Shown here: piece by piece, positions 1 to 10,043 of the stretch
How positions within the stretch are numbered: the first letter of the stretch is position 1
Layout: each line of letters opens with the position of its first letter
Assembly: GCA_965240325.2 (NCBI GenBank)
Contig: OZ251233.1
Location: 1,550,001 to 1,614,000, forward strand
Direction of reading: 5' to 3'
Length of the DNA: 64,000 nt
Origin: Rebecca billardiae RCC1528
Taxonomy: Eukaryota; Protista; Haptophyta
The notes under the pieces: model-generated
Told to the model about the DNA's origin: nothing
Databases searched by the model: none
Seen by the model: only the letters and a program-made list of their open reading frames with translations
Made by a program: the position numbers and the translations under genes

Positions 1-893
1 GCCTGATGGCTGATGATATTCATCTGTCCCGAATAATAACGATTAACGTGACTGTTAAGACTGCGTGCCCGCACCAGTCTCACCAGTGGGTCTGTGGTAC
101 TAGACACTGGTCGCCGAAGTCGAAGACTCTTGAGGCCTCGAGTCAGTCAGACAGTCGGGTCGTGCCTCGAATGGTGTGAGCACCGTCACCGTGCCCGTGC
201 CGGGCCGTGGACAGACGCCGTGGTGCCCAATGAGCAATGAGCACCAGCCGTCATTATCGGACGACGCAGCCTGCTGTTGGTCGCCAGGCGGGCAGGATTG
301 ATGTCACTCAGATTGTTGAACATTGACACTGTAGACCTGTAGTTAATGCCTCGTCGACGACGCAGACGTCGACGTCGTCTCGCGCGTGACACGTGGCCTG
401 GCCTCCGATCGCCGGACCGCCACCGACGAATGAACGAATCACGGTCCGAGCAGGAATAAACTCAGGCTACTGAGGCTTTATACTACGACTGTCCAATGGT
501 AACATTACTCTCCGCGGCGGCTCGCGTTTAACTCTGTCGTTTAAACACAGGTGAGCCGGGATTCTAATTATTGAGAATTGTCTGATGCCAGTCTGGCTAA
601 TTTTAGATGCATGCAGTACCAGTCTAAGGATGATGGCGATGCACGGGCATCATCATCGCTGATGCTGTAGCCGGCACTATCGACTTCTTCTCTAGTGACT
701 CTCTCTAGTGGAATGCATCATCGGCTTAAGACTGGAACTGAGACCTGTAGGCCGTGGCCGGTCGCGTCGTCCGGATGCGGCGATGCAGTTACAGCCTGAC
801 AGTTGGCCGCGTGCATTGCGCCCGTCGAGAGAAATCGCAGATGCTCTCAGGCCGAGCGAGACTTGTAGTTCAGACCAGTTCGGCGCGAGCGCA

Positions 894-1157
894 TCACACC
901 ACCAGCTTCTTCTCGTACATGTAACGGCCACGACATGTTTGCGAGCAGAAAGCGACATCGGCCGCGAGCAGCACGTCAGCGCCCGGCGCCCTCGGCTCCC
1001 GACACATGGCGCACTCGTGGATGTTTGGCCGTCTCAACGAGGCCCGCTGCAGCATCCACGCGAGGTCCTTATCGCTGTCGCGCGCGTCGAGCGCGCCCTG
1101 TGATTGCATCTCCCCAGAGGACGTTGACGCGCTGGTCGGGGGAGAGTTGGCCGGCAT
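894..1157 (-). CDS. Small FCS-like (FLZ-type) zinc-finger protein, 87 aa
   Basis: C-terminus CAMCREPRAPGADVLLAADVAFCSQTCR fits the CxxC...FCSxxCR FLZ/TRASH pattern. ATG at 1157 is in frame with ORF 894..1310. Confidence 0.65.
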   Translation of the reverse strand: MPANSPPTSASTSSGEMQSQGALDARDSDKDLAWMLQRASLRRPNIHECAMCREPRAPGADVLLAADVAFCSQTCRGRYMYEKKLVV

Positions 1158-1454
1158 GTCGACAAAGACGGCGCACTGTGATCGCGAGATCCCACGTCCT
1201 CCTAAGCCAGAATACGGCGAGATTCGGAGATTCCGCTGGGAGCTTAAAAACATCAGCGCCCCCCTCTGCCAGGTGGACGGGTGCCACCTGAGCGCTATGA
1301 TAAACGGCATATTACAGTATTGGAGAATGGAGAATCTTTCCTACTACGCTACTACCACTTTACCCACGGCCGGCGTCGGCCGCCGCGTCGGAAGCCGACG
1401 ACGGGCGAATGACCGGTTTCCTTTGGGACCGTTTGATCCAGATTGACAATAAAT

Positions 1455-2137
1455 GTGGCTGAGTCAGTTAGAATCGCACTATTCGGCCAAGGGAAACTTT
1501 TTTCGAGCAAAGCGCGGTTGAAGAAAGTGAAAACCCGCTGACTCACCCGCCAAGCTCAGAGCGGCCGCGCAGCATGTCTGCCGTGGCGCCGGGACCGCTG
1601 GGCCGTCATGGAAGAGCCGGTGCGTCGGAGCCAACTGGGCTCGGTCGCATACGAGTCTGTAGGGAGGTGATCGTAGCGAGCACCGCTGACATGCGGCATG
1701 CTGGACGAGGAGTGACTGAGACGTGCAGCAGCTGCTCGCGGCCATCCGCCGACGCGGACTGCCTCGACAACGGACAAGCGGCAGACACGCTACCTGCAGG
1801 CCTGACAGGGGGCACTGAGCAAGCTGCGCCAGTGGGTGCGGCATTGGCCTGCGTTTCTAGCTGCGCCGTGACATCTTGACACGCTGGTCGCCGCCCGGCG
1901 GCGCGCGCGCGCTGCGCGCGCGGCGCGGCTGAGCCCGAGTGGAGCGCCTCAGATCCTATCTGACTCAAGCTTCTCAGAAATTCAAAAAAATCAAAATGGC
2001 TTTTCTCGCCCAATTTTCGTCCTTTTTCGACGTTCTTGGGCTCTACGTGCTCCTCTCGACGAGGCGCATCGGGCAGGCTAGCTAACTCAGATCGCGACCA
2101 CTGCACCAAAAAGTGCGTTTCTAACTGACTCAGCCAC
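1455..2137. mobile_element. Non-autonomous DNA transposon (MITE), 26-bp TIRs, 4-bp AAAT TSD, Sola1-like
   Basis: Left TIR GTGGCTGAGTCAGTTAGAATCGCACT (1455-1480). The right TIR (2112-2137) reverse-complements to it with 1 mismatch. AAAT flanks both sides (1451-1454, 2138-2141). No transposase inside. Confidence 0.85.
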
Positions 2138-2327
2138 AAATGCTTGATGATCCAGATGACCAGATTGAGGATGCACCTACCCCCATACTGCTAAGAATAA
2201 GAAGACGAGACACACACAGCTCAGGCAGGCAAGATCACAGTCGTATGATTGCGGTGCACACCGTCACCTACTCACCTCCACCCGGTGACGGTTGTCGACG
2301 CACGCCGCGCGTTGAGGCTGGCCGTCC

Positions 2328-4295
2328 TCAGAAGCGCTGGAGGTGCTCGCCCGGCACGCGGTTGCACACCACGTTGGCGAGGAGGTTGGCGACCGCGGCG
2401 TTGCCGAGCGCGCGGCAGCCGCCGGGCGTGTGCGCGAGCATCTGCTCATCCTCCTCCTCGCACGCCCAGTGCACGCCGTCGAGCGAGTACTCGGGGCCGA
2501 GCGGCTCGAGCACTTTGAAGCCGTCCACGACGGTCAGCGCGTCGCCCAGCGTGGCGCGCAGCTCGCGCACCGCGTCCGCGTTCGCCCTGCGGATGCGCGG
2601 CAGCGTGTTGTGCATCAGGACAGCGAACCATTTGAACGGCTTGGCGCGCCGCGCGTCGCAGTTGGCGCGGTGCGCGCCGGCCGCGCCGACCGCGCGCTCG
2701 CCCGTGTCGACGTCGGCTGGCCAGGTGCAGCCGGTGAGCTCGGGCGCGAGGCACGTCGTCGTCACGTTGCGGCTGCGCCCGCCGCGGCACTCCGTGTGCC
2801 CGGGCGCGTGCTTCTCCTTGTAGTGCCGCGGCGGCGCCGTCACCCAGACCAGTCGGCGGCGCTCATCCTCCGATGCCCACGCGCGCAGCAGCCGCGCCGC
2901 GTGGAAGAGGTTCTGACGAAACTCGGCGTGGCTGGTCTTCATCATGTCGTTGTGGCCCTGCGAGAGCACGGCGACGGCGGACGGCGGGAGCGGCGCCGCG
3001 CCGCCGCCCGGCCGCGCCGCGCTGCGCTCGACCATCGCCTGCAGCAGCATACGCGAGCCGTGCTGCTGGGCGAAGGCGAGAGGTGGCGGCGCGCCGCGGT
3101 CGTCCGCGGCCGAGGCTGCGGACATCAGGTCGCGCATCAGGTTGCGCGCGCCGGGCGCGCCGCCGCCGGTGGGGAAGACGCGCGGCCAGTGGTATGGCTC
3201 GCCCTGCGCGTGCATCTGCACGAGCCACGCGCGGTACACGTCCATCAGCGTCGACTCGCCGAAGAAGCGCAGCGCGGGCTCGCGGCCGGCGCGCGACCAG
3301 TGGAGGGCTCCCACGCACTGGCGCAGCCGACGCGCCGAGTAGTGGCGCAGCGCGCAGCCGTACGGGACCCACGCCCACGGCTCCGCGGCGAAGGCGGGGT
3401 GCGCCGGGTCGGCGTTGCGCAGCCACGCGCCGTCCGCGTCGCCGCGCTCGCACGCCGCCGCCGCCGCCGCGTGCGCGGCTGCGGGCGCGCGCGGAGCGCG
3501 CACAGTGAGAGCGCCACTGATTCGCAGGTCGGCGTTGAAGTAGCGAGGCCCCGCCTCGGCGCACGAGGCGTTGCACTGCGCGATGCCCCAGCGGCCGCGC
3601 GCCTCGTCGCGGACGTACAGCCCGAGCAGCCCGGCGTGCGGCTCCGCGAGCCCCTCGCCCTCCACGTGCAGCAGCCGCGCATCCAGCGCGTACGCGACCG
3701 AGCCCTCGACGGGCGGCGGTCTGAACACGACTCGATACCGCCCGCAGCCGAGCGAGCTCTCGCCGAGCTGCGTCGGCGCGAAGAGGCCCTCGGAGGAGAC
3801 GAAGCGCACGCGCAGGGAGTCGCCGCACCGCGCGCCCGCGTCGGGATCGGGCGCGTGCGCGTCCACCTCGCGCGTGAGCACCAGCGAGAAGCTCGGCGGC
3901 CAGAGGGTGCCGTTGAGAAGCGTCACCGGGCCGACCGAGTATCGGCGCGTCCAGTGCGCGGTGCGCACGACGCCCTCGCCAAAGGTGTGCTCGACGCGCC
4001 AGCCGTCGGCCTCCAGCGCGGGCGTCGGCGCTCGCGTCGGCGAGGCTGCACCCCCACCCGCGCCGACGCTCGCGCTCGGCACAGCCGCAGGGGCGCGCAC
4101 GCCCTCACCGTGCAATTCGCCTGTGCGCTCGCGCGGCGGCTCGCGAGAGGCCGCCGGCCGCGCGTCGTAGGCGGCGGCCGGTCCGACGCGCAGGCAGCGC
4201 GCGGTCTCGACGCGCCACAGCCTCGTCAGCCCGGCGCCGGCGAGCGCGCCCACGAGGAGCGGCAGCACGCTCTCGCGCCGGCGGAGCGCCGCCAT
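2328..4295 (-). CDS. NXPE/PC-esterase-like SGNH-fold protein, putative glycan O-acyltransferase, type II membrane
   Basis: N-terminal TM (VLPLLVGALAGAGL), GDSLRVRF...GRYRVVFRPP Ig-like segment, W.PYGC.LRHY..RLRQC motif, FFGEST (GDS-like) and C-terminal DGVH. ATG 4295 in frame. Confidence 0.65.
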   Translation of the reverse strand: MAALRRRESVLPLLVGALAGAGLTRLWRVETARCLRVGPAAAYDARPAASREPPRERTGELHGEGVRAPAAVPSASVGAGGGAASPTRAPTPALEADGWRVEHTFGEGVVRTAHWTRRYSVGPVTLLNGTLWPPSFSLVLTREVDAHAPDPDAGARCGDSLRVRFVSSEGLFAPTQLGESSLGCGRYRVVFRPPPVEGSVAYALDARLLHVEGEGLAEPHAGLLGLYVRDEARGRWGIAQCNASCAEAGPRYFNADLRISGALTVRAPRAPAAAHAAAAAACERGDADGAWLRNADPAHPAFAAEPWAWVPYGCALRHYSARRLRQCVGALHWSRAGREPALRFFGESTLMDVYRAWLVQMHAQGEPYHWPRVFPTGGGAPGARNLMRDLMSAASAADDRGAPPPLAFAQQHGSRMLLQAMVERSAARPGGGAAPLPPSAVAVLSQGHNDMMKTSHAEFRQNLFHAARLLRAWASEDERRRLVWVTAPPRHYKEKHAPGHTECRGGRSRNVTTTCLAPELTGCTWPADVDTGERAVGAAGAHRANCDARRAKPFKWFAVLMHNTLPRIRRANADAVRELRATLGDALTVVDGFKVLEPLGPEYSLDGVHWACEEEDEQMLAHTPGGCRALGNAAVANLLANVVCNRVPGEHLQRF

Positions 4296-4487
4296 TCTGA
4301 CTTCTGAGTGGATCCTGCAAGCGCCGCACTGTGGCCAACGGTTGCCTTGGCCAGCTGGTGCGAGTGAGCGAGTCCGAAGTTTACGACTCGCAGCGAGGCC
4401 TCCACCCGGCCAGCAGACTATGGTATGGCAAGGGTGGTCCCTTGGGTATGGTACCGAGGTCACTGCCGTGAGTGATGACTGACCGAG

Positions 4488-5481
4488 TCAGATGCACCTC
4501 GACGAGTTGCGCTCCGACAACGTCGAAGTCTCAGGCGAGAGCACGTCTCGGAGCGCCTCAAACTCGGAACGGCTTGCCAAACAGAGCTTCCGTATACTTC
4601 GCACCGTGTACGTGCTGCGCACGCCCTCCAGCTCTTGCGCGCGGCCCCGCCGCGGCGCATGCTGCTGCTCGTGCGTGCGGGCGTCGAGAGGGCGTGCAAA
4701 CGCCGGATGACTCAGTTTGGCGAGGGTGGCCAGAGTCTGCCGCACGGTGCCGACATGCAGCTGCACCCCTGGCGCTGGCGCGGGCGTGCACTGCCTGTCC
4801 TGCGGCAGGAAGTGCATGCCGAGCCGTGGACGATCGTCGCCCGGGCTCGAATGTGCGCGCAGGAGCGTGGCGGCGAACTCGTCGACGTGTAGACACGGTG
4901 CCGATGCATTGCCGGCTGAGTCCGGCAGCTGCCCGCTTGCGGCGGCGTACGCGAGCAGCTTATCGCTCTGCCCGCGAAGCACGATGCAGGGCGTGCGTGG
5001 CTGCTGCCTGGCACAGCACGCAGCCGCGCTCTCAAAGGACGAGAGGTATCTTTCCACCGGGTCCCGCACCACGCGGAAGGCAAGCGTGTCCGGCCGGCGT
5101 GGAAGCTGCCCATCTTGGAAGCTGAACGCGGCACGCCCCGCGGGCAGGCTGCTCCACGTGCGCTGCGTGTGCACGTCTCTTCTCGGCGGTTTGCCTGGCG
5201 GGTAGGGAGTCCAAGGGCACGCGCGTAAGGCCGGCCATGTTTGGCGCTCGGCGCTGCATACGCGCGCGCATCCGCTGGTGAGCGGCGCACAGCCGCGCAC
5301 CGGTGATGGCCACGAATAGCGCAGTGAGCACGGACGTGGAGCCGCACTTGGCGCACGTGCAAATATAGATGGGTGGGCCGACTGGCGGCTCGTACACGAG
5401 GCTGAGCGCTCGCGCGAGATCCACGAGGCATAGCGCTAGCACCTGCCGCGCCGGCAATGATGAGCCAGCCGCGCCCGCCAT
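4488..5481 (-). CDS. Carbohydrate sulfotransferase (Sulfotransfer_2/CHST-like), 2 exons: 5481-5301, 5194-4488
   Basis: 5'-PSB motif AKCGSTS in exon 1; 3'-PB motif VRDPVERYLSSF and HFLPQ in exon 2. A GT..AG intron at 5300-5195 joins the two ORF-track frames in phase 1 (ITG|KPP). Confidence 0.8.
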
Positions 5482-5572
5482 CGCCCGGCTCCAGCTTGAG
5501 TCGATGACCGATTTATGGTACAGATTTGAGATTGACCGCGCGACGTTGAGTCACTCAATCACGACCGGCACG

Positions 5573-6883
5573 ATGTCGGTGTCGGGCGGCAACCGCTGCG
5601 CACGACGGCTGACGCGCAGCGCGCCCCTTGGGCTGCTGGCCGCGGCGGTCATGGTCGTCGTGGGCGCCCCCGCCCGGCCTCCCAATGGCCCCGTGGCGGG
5701 CGCGGGCATTCGCAGCGCGCCGCACGCGTTGCACGCGCCCATCGACGCGGCGCGCCGCTGCCTTGGCGCGTACAACTCCTCCACGGAGGCGCGGCAGGCG
5801 GCGCGGAGCGCGCACAAGATGAGTCCCGTGCAAGGCTGCCTCGCGCACGGGCGCGGCGAGTGGAAGTACCGCCCGCGCGAAGACATGCCGTACCGCCTCG
5901 ACCCCGAGCGCTACGTGGCGGTGCACAACCGGAGCGCCTTCTTCTGGGGCCGGTGCGACCGTCGCTTCTACCACAACGGCGTGCGCGATTTCATGTCGAT
6001 GCGCGCGCGCTGGTTCATCTGGTACCCGAAGGGCGATGGATGCGACGCGCTGGGCGAGCCGCCCAAGCCGTTCGTCTTCGACACGCTGCGGCGCCAGTTC
6101 TGCAAGGCGCACGCGGGCAGCCGGCTCCTCTTCGTGGGTGACTCGACGCAGGGGCAGCTCTTCACCTCGTTCGTGCACGCACTCGGCGTGCTCTCGTCCG
6201 AGTGGGGCTCGTGCCACCCGGGCTGGGAGACGCCGGACGTCGAGCACGTACACGAGATCGACCTGACCGTGCAGCTGTGCGCGCCCGGCCCGAGCGGCGT
6301 GACCGCGCGCTTCATCCGCAACGAGGCGGCCGTCTTCAACCTGACGGAGGCGGAGCTGGCTGAGAGGCGCAGCCGCGTGGCCGTGTTCTGCCGCTTCACG
6401 CCCGAGGTGGCGGCCGAGGCGGACGTGATCGTGCTCAACCGCGGCTTCCACTACGCGCCGCCGGAGACGTTCACCGCGGAGTTCGACGCGACGCTGCGCG
6501 GGCTCATGCGTCTGCCGCCGCTGCCGCCGCGCGCCGGCGGCGTCGCTCCGACCGGCCGGCGGCAACGGCGCGTGATCGTGCGCTCAACACACGCACCCAT
6601 CCCGCGGTGCAACCCGCACAGCCGCATCTCGCCCGTTTCGCTCGCGCACCTCGTCAAGAACGGCCGACGCGAGTACCACTGGGACAGCCTCGCCGGTGTG
6701 AACGCGATTGCCGAGTGCCTTGCGCACGCGCACGGCGCCACGTTCATCGACGTGTATCACCAGAGCAGCTTCAGGCCGGACGCAGCGGTCAAGCGCGACG
6801 AGTGCGTGCACTCGTGCCTGCCTGGGCCCGTGGACGAATGGTCGCGCCTCATCGCGCTGCTCCTCGTGCACGACCGCGCATGA
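5573..6883 (+). CDS. TBL/PC-esterase-family polysaccharide O-acetyltransferase
   Basis: LLFVGDST (GDS) and DECVHSCLPGPVDEW, matching the DCxHWCLPG motif of TBL proteins. N-terminal hydrophobic anchor. Confidence 0.8.
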   Translation: MSVSGGNRCARRLTRSAPLGLLAAAVMVVVGAPARPPNGPVAGAGIRSAPHALHAPIDAARRCLGAYNSSTEARQAARSAHKMSPVQGCLAHGRGEWKYRPREDMPYRLDPERYVAVHNRSAFFWGRCDRRFYHNGVRDFMSMRARWFIWYPKGDGCDALGEPPKPFVFDTLRRQFCKAHAGSRLLFVGDSTQGQLFTSFVHALGVLSSEWGSCHPGWETPDVEHVHEIDLTVQLCAPGPSGVTARFIRNEAAVFNLTEAELAERRSRVAVFCRFTPEVAAEADVIVLNRGFHYAPPETFTAEFDATLRGLMRLPPLPPRAGGVAPTGRRQRRVIVRSTHAPIPRCNPHSRISPVSLAHLVKNGRREYHWDSLAGVNAIAECLAHAHGATFIDVYHQSSFRPDAAVKRDECVHSCLPGPVDEWSRLIALLLVHDRA

Positions 6884-7070
6884 CTGGCAGTCTCACGGCG
6901 GATGCGTAGTGCCGCGAGGAGTACAGCGGCACTCCCGGCAGCGGCAGCGGCAGATGAGCCATCAGCAGCAGTCAACTGCTGGATGGCACTGCAATGCAGC
7001 ACAGCTGCCCGATTCAGCTTAAAAGTTAGAGCAGCTGTCGTCATCACTGGCTCACAAGTGCTGATGTCGA

Positions 7071-7074
<4 letters not shown>

Positions 7075-7133
<59 letters not shown>
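7075..7133. repeat. (TA)n microsatellite
   Basis: Perfect TA run. Confidence 0.95.
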
Positions 7134-7135
<2 letters not shown>

Positions 7136-7531
7136 CGACGTCGTAAATATAATAGTTACTGCGCACTACTACGGTACTACGACTACCTCATCCTCACTGT
7201 TCCTCATCCAGGCGCCCACGCGGGCGCACGGGGGCGACAGCCGCGGCTGCCGCTTGCCGGAGCTGCTCGCCGCTAGGTCGGCGGGCGGCGACATCGACTA
7301 CGACCTCACCGCCTCATCCAAGTGCTCCGGAAGGCGCTCGGCCGCGGCGGCATCTGCCGTCGCCGCCGTGTGCCCCAGGCCGAGGCGGTGCTCCATCCCG
7401 GCCCCGCTCCCGTAGGGGGGCAGGGCTGCGGGTGGCGCACTGTCTGACCTGGTCGGAAGGCGCGGACGCATTCTATGATGTGTCGGTTGCACTCTGAGCC
7501 TGACGCTTGTCCGATGCTGCCACGTCGTTAA

Positions 7532-7562
<31 letters not shown>

Positions 7563-7571
7563 TGATACGTA

Positions 7572-7643
<72 letters not shown>
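7532..7643. repeat. Interrupted (TA)n microsatellite
   Basis: TA run with short interruptions. Confidence 0.95.
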
Positions 7644-7645
<2 letters not shown>

Positions 7646-7817
7646 CAGTCGGCTGACGACCTAAGTACCGAGACGGTACTAGTTACCGCTAAGCCGTACT
7701 CTAGTAGACTCAGACGCGATAATCGATATTATTAATATAGCAGTGCGCTGCTAATAAGTAGCAGCATCAGTAGTCGTGGCGCGGCTCGATCTATATAGTA
7801 TATCGCTCAATCTCGTA

Positions 7818-9766
7818 CCAGGTCGTTCCCCGTGCACTGGGAATCCGCGGTTTCGCCCTATTCAGAGCGCGAGGCCGCGGCATAGCAACGCAGATTTAGT
7901 CTTCCGCTTCGTCTATCAGACCACTTGAACGATCTAATCGAGCTTTCCAATTGAAAATGACGAAACTAGATCCATCCATTGGAGAAGCCAAATCCCGAGC
8001 GCGGCAAAGCCGTGGAACGCAGTAATCAGCCTCGTCAGCGATAGTCCGCTCACGAAATCGATGCGCTGGAAATGAGTTCTTCGTGTGCAACCTGGAGGCG
8101 GGAGCCCTCCGCCGCGGGTGCGGAGCACCGATTCTGACCCGCCCCCTGCGGCTGCGGCCGGGCACGAGTGCGATGCCGCTGGCCCCGGCTGGGGGGCGCG
8201 CCCGGGCCAGGGCACTGCGGGCGCGGATGTGCTCGCGGAGCCGGCGTGCGTGGACGGGCTGTTGCGGGAGAGTATCTGCCGCCCTCCTGCGCCGTGCGAC
8301 TTGCGCCACGCCTCTTTCGCCTCGGCTCAGGGCAGCGCACACGCGCGCGCCGCCTCCGAAGGCCAGCCTTGCCTGCGCCGCAGCCGGTCGCGCGCGCGCC
8401 GTGCGCGGCGTGGTCGGGAAGGAACGGGGGGTGCTGCCGGGCGAGATGGCGACATCATGTGCGCACGCCATGCCGCCGCGCCACGCCTTGCCGAGCGTGT
8501 CGCCGGTCCGTTTGCACGCCTCTTCCAGTTGTCACAAATGGTGTCAGGTGTGCCGCACGGCCTCGCGGTCAGGACCGCTGGGGGGCGCGCCCGGGCCAGG
8601 GCGCTGCGGGCGCGGATGTGCTTGCGGAGCCGGCGTGCGTGGACGGGCTGTTGCGGGAGAGTATCTGCCGCCCTCCTGCGCCGCGCGACTTGCGCCACGC
8701 CTCTTTCGCCTCGGCTCAGGGCAGCGCGCACGCGCGCGCGCCGCCTCAAGGCCAGCCTTGCCTGCGCTGCAGCCGACCGCGCGCGCGCCGTGCGCGGCGT
8801 GGTCGGGAAGGAACGGGCGCGGCTGCCGGGCGAGATGGCGATATCATGTGCGCACGCCATGCCGCCCCGCCACGCCTTGCCGAGCGTGTCGCCGGTCCGT
8901 TTGCACGCCTCTTCGAGTTGTCACAAATGGTGTGCACGCGGCCTCGCGGTCGTGACCGCCTTGTCGGGACGATCATTGAGACACAGAACAGTGCCAGACG
9001 GGCACGCGGGAAACTCTTACATGAATGTTCATCACTGCGTGGTCATGTAGAAGTGCTGGGTGCGACGCTTTCCTCGCGCGGATGCACTTTCATCATCTTC
9101 TTCGAGCTCAGGTCTGGCTTCAGGCACGACAAGAAAGCAGCACTCGTCAACAGCTGTGCGGATCCGTTATCGTGCCCTTTCGCGGCGCCGCGGGGCGGCA
9201 TGGCGTGCGCACATGATGTCGTCATCTCGCCCGGCAGCACCCCCCGTTCCTTCCCGACCACGCCGCGCACGGCGCGCGCGCGGTTGGCTGCGGCGCGGCA
9301 GTGCTCGGGCCTCGAGGCGGCGCGCGCGTGCGCGCTGCCCTGAGCCGCGGCGAAAAGAGGCGTGGCGCGAGACGCGCGGCGCAGGAGGGCGCCAGATACT
9401 CTCCCGCGACAGCCTGTCCACGCAAGCCGGCTCCGCGAGCACATCCGCGCCCGCAGCGCCGTGCGGCGTGCCCCGGGCGCGCCCCGCCAACGGCGCTCGG
9501 CCGCCTTGCCGCTGCCCGCCTGCCGCCGAGGGCAAAAGGTCAAGATTTGGTCGGCCCTCGCCTGCCGAGCCGCCACCGGGGGCTCCGCCCTGCCTTCTAT
9601 CTCGTTGCGGCTCAATTTTGGGATTGCGAGACCAGCTCATCGATTGACGCACATCCGCACCCGCGAGACCTGAAAATCTTATTCGCGGGTAGCGACGGGT
9701 GCGTCCTGCGGCTGTTTTTCTCGTATGTCCAAACCGCGGATTCCCAGTGCAGGGGGAACGACCTGG
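7818..9766. mobile_element. Non-autonomous TIR transposon, 36-bp TIRs, TA TSD (Tc1/mariner-type ends), with internal direct and inverted arms
   Basis: TA|CCAGGTCGTTCCCCGTGCACTGGGAATCCGCGGTTT at 7818-7853 and AAACCGCGGATTCCCAGTGCAGGGGGAACGACCTGG|TA at 9731-9766 (1 mismatch). Internal ~390-bp direct repeats at ~8188-8570 and ~8577-8951; inverted copy at ~9190-9485. Confidence 0.9.
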
Positions 9767-9834
9767 TAGATGTGACACGTCAATCGTCATCAGTTATCCG
9801 CTAGTGCAGCACTTATACTGATGAGTCATCCTGA

Positions 9835-9837
<3 letters not shown>

Positions 9838-9878
<41 letters not shown>

Positions 9879-9891
9879 AGAGAGAGAGAGA
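9838..9891. repeat. (GA)n microsatellite
   Basis: GA run with one interruption. Confidence 0.95.
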
Positions 9892-10043
9892 TAGCAGCAT
9901 CAACACGGTGCTGCTCATCCGCCGGCCGACTGACTGCCACTGGCGGATGAGTCGGCGCGGCGGAGTGCCCTCACGTGCAGCGCCGCGTCGTACTCACTCG
10001 GCGTGCGTCGGCTGAGCGGTGCTGGCGGCGGTCATCGTCGTCG

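Noticed and set aside
8188-8951. CRISPR array or LTR pair
   Set aside because: The units are ~390 bp, adjacent, lack unique spacers and TG..CA ends, and lie inside a TIR element in eukaryotic DNA.
7896-9804. ORFs inside the TIR element as a transposase
   Set aside because: No DDE/D or HTH motifs; the translations merely reflect the repeated arms.
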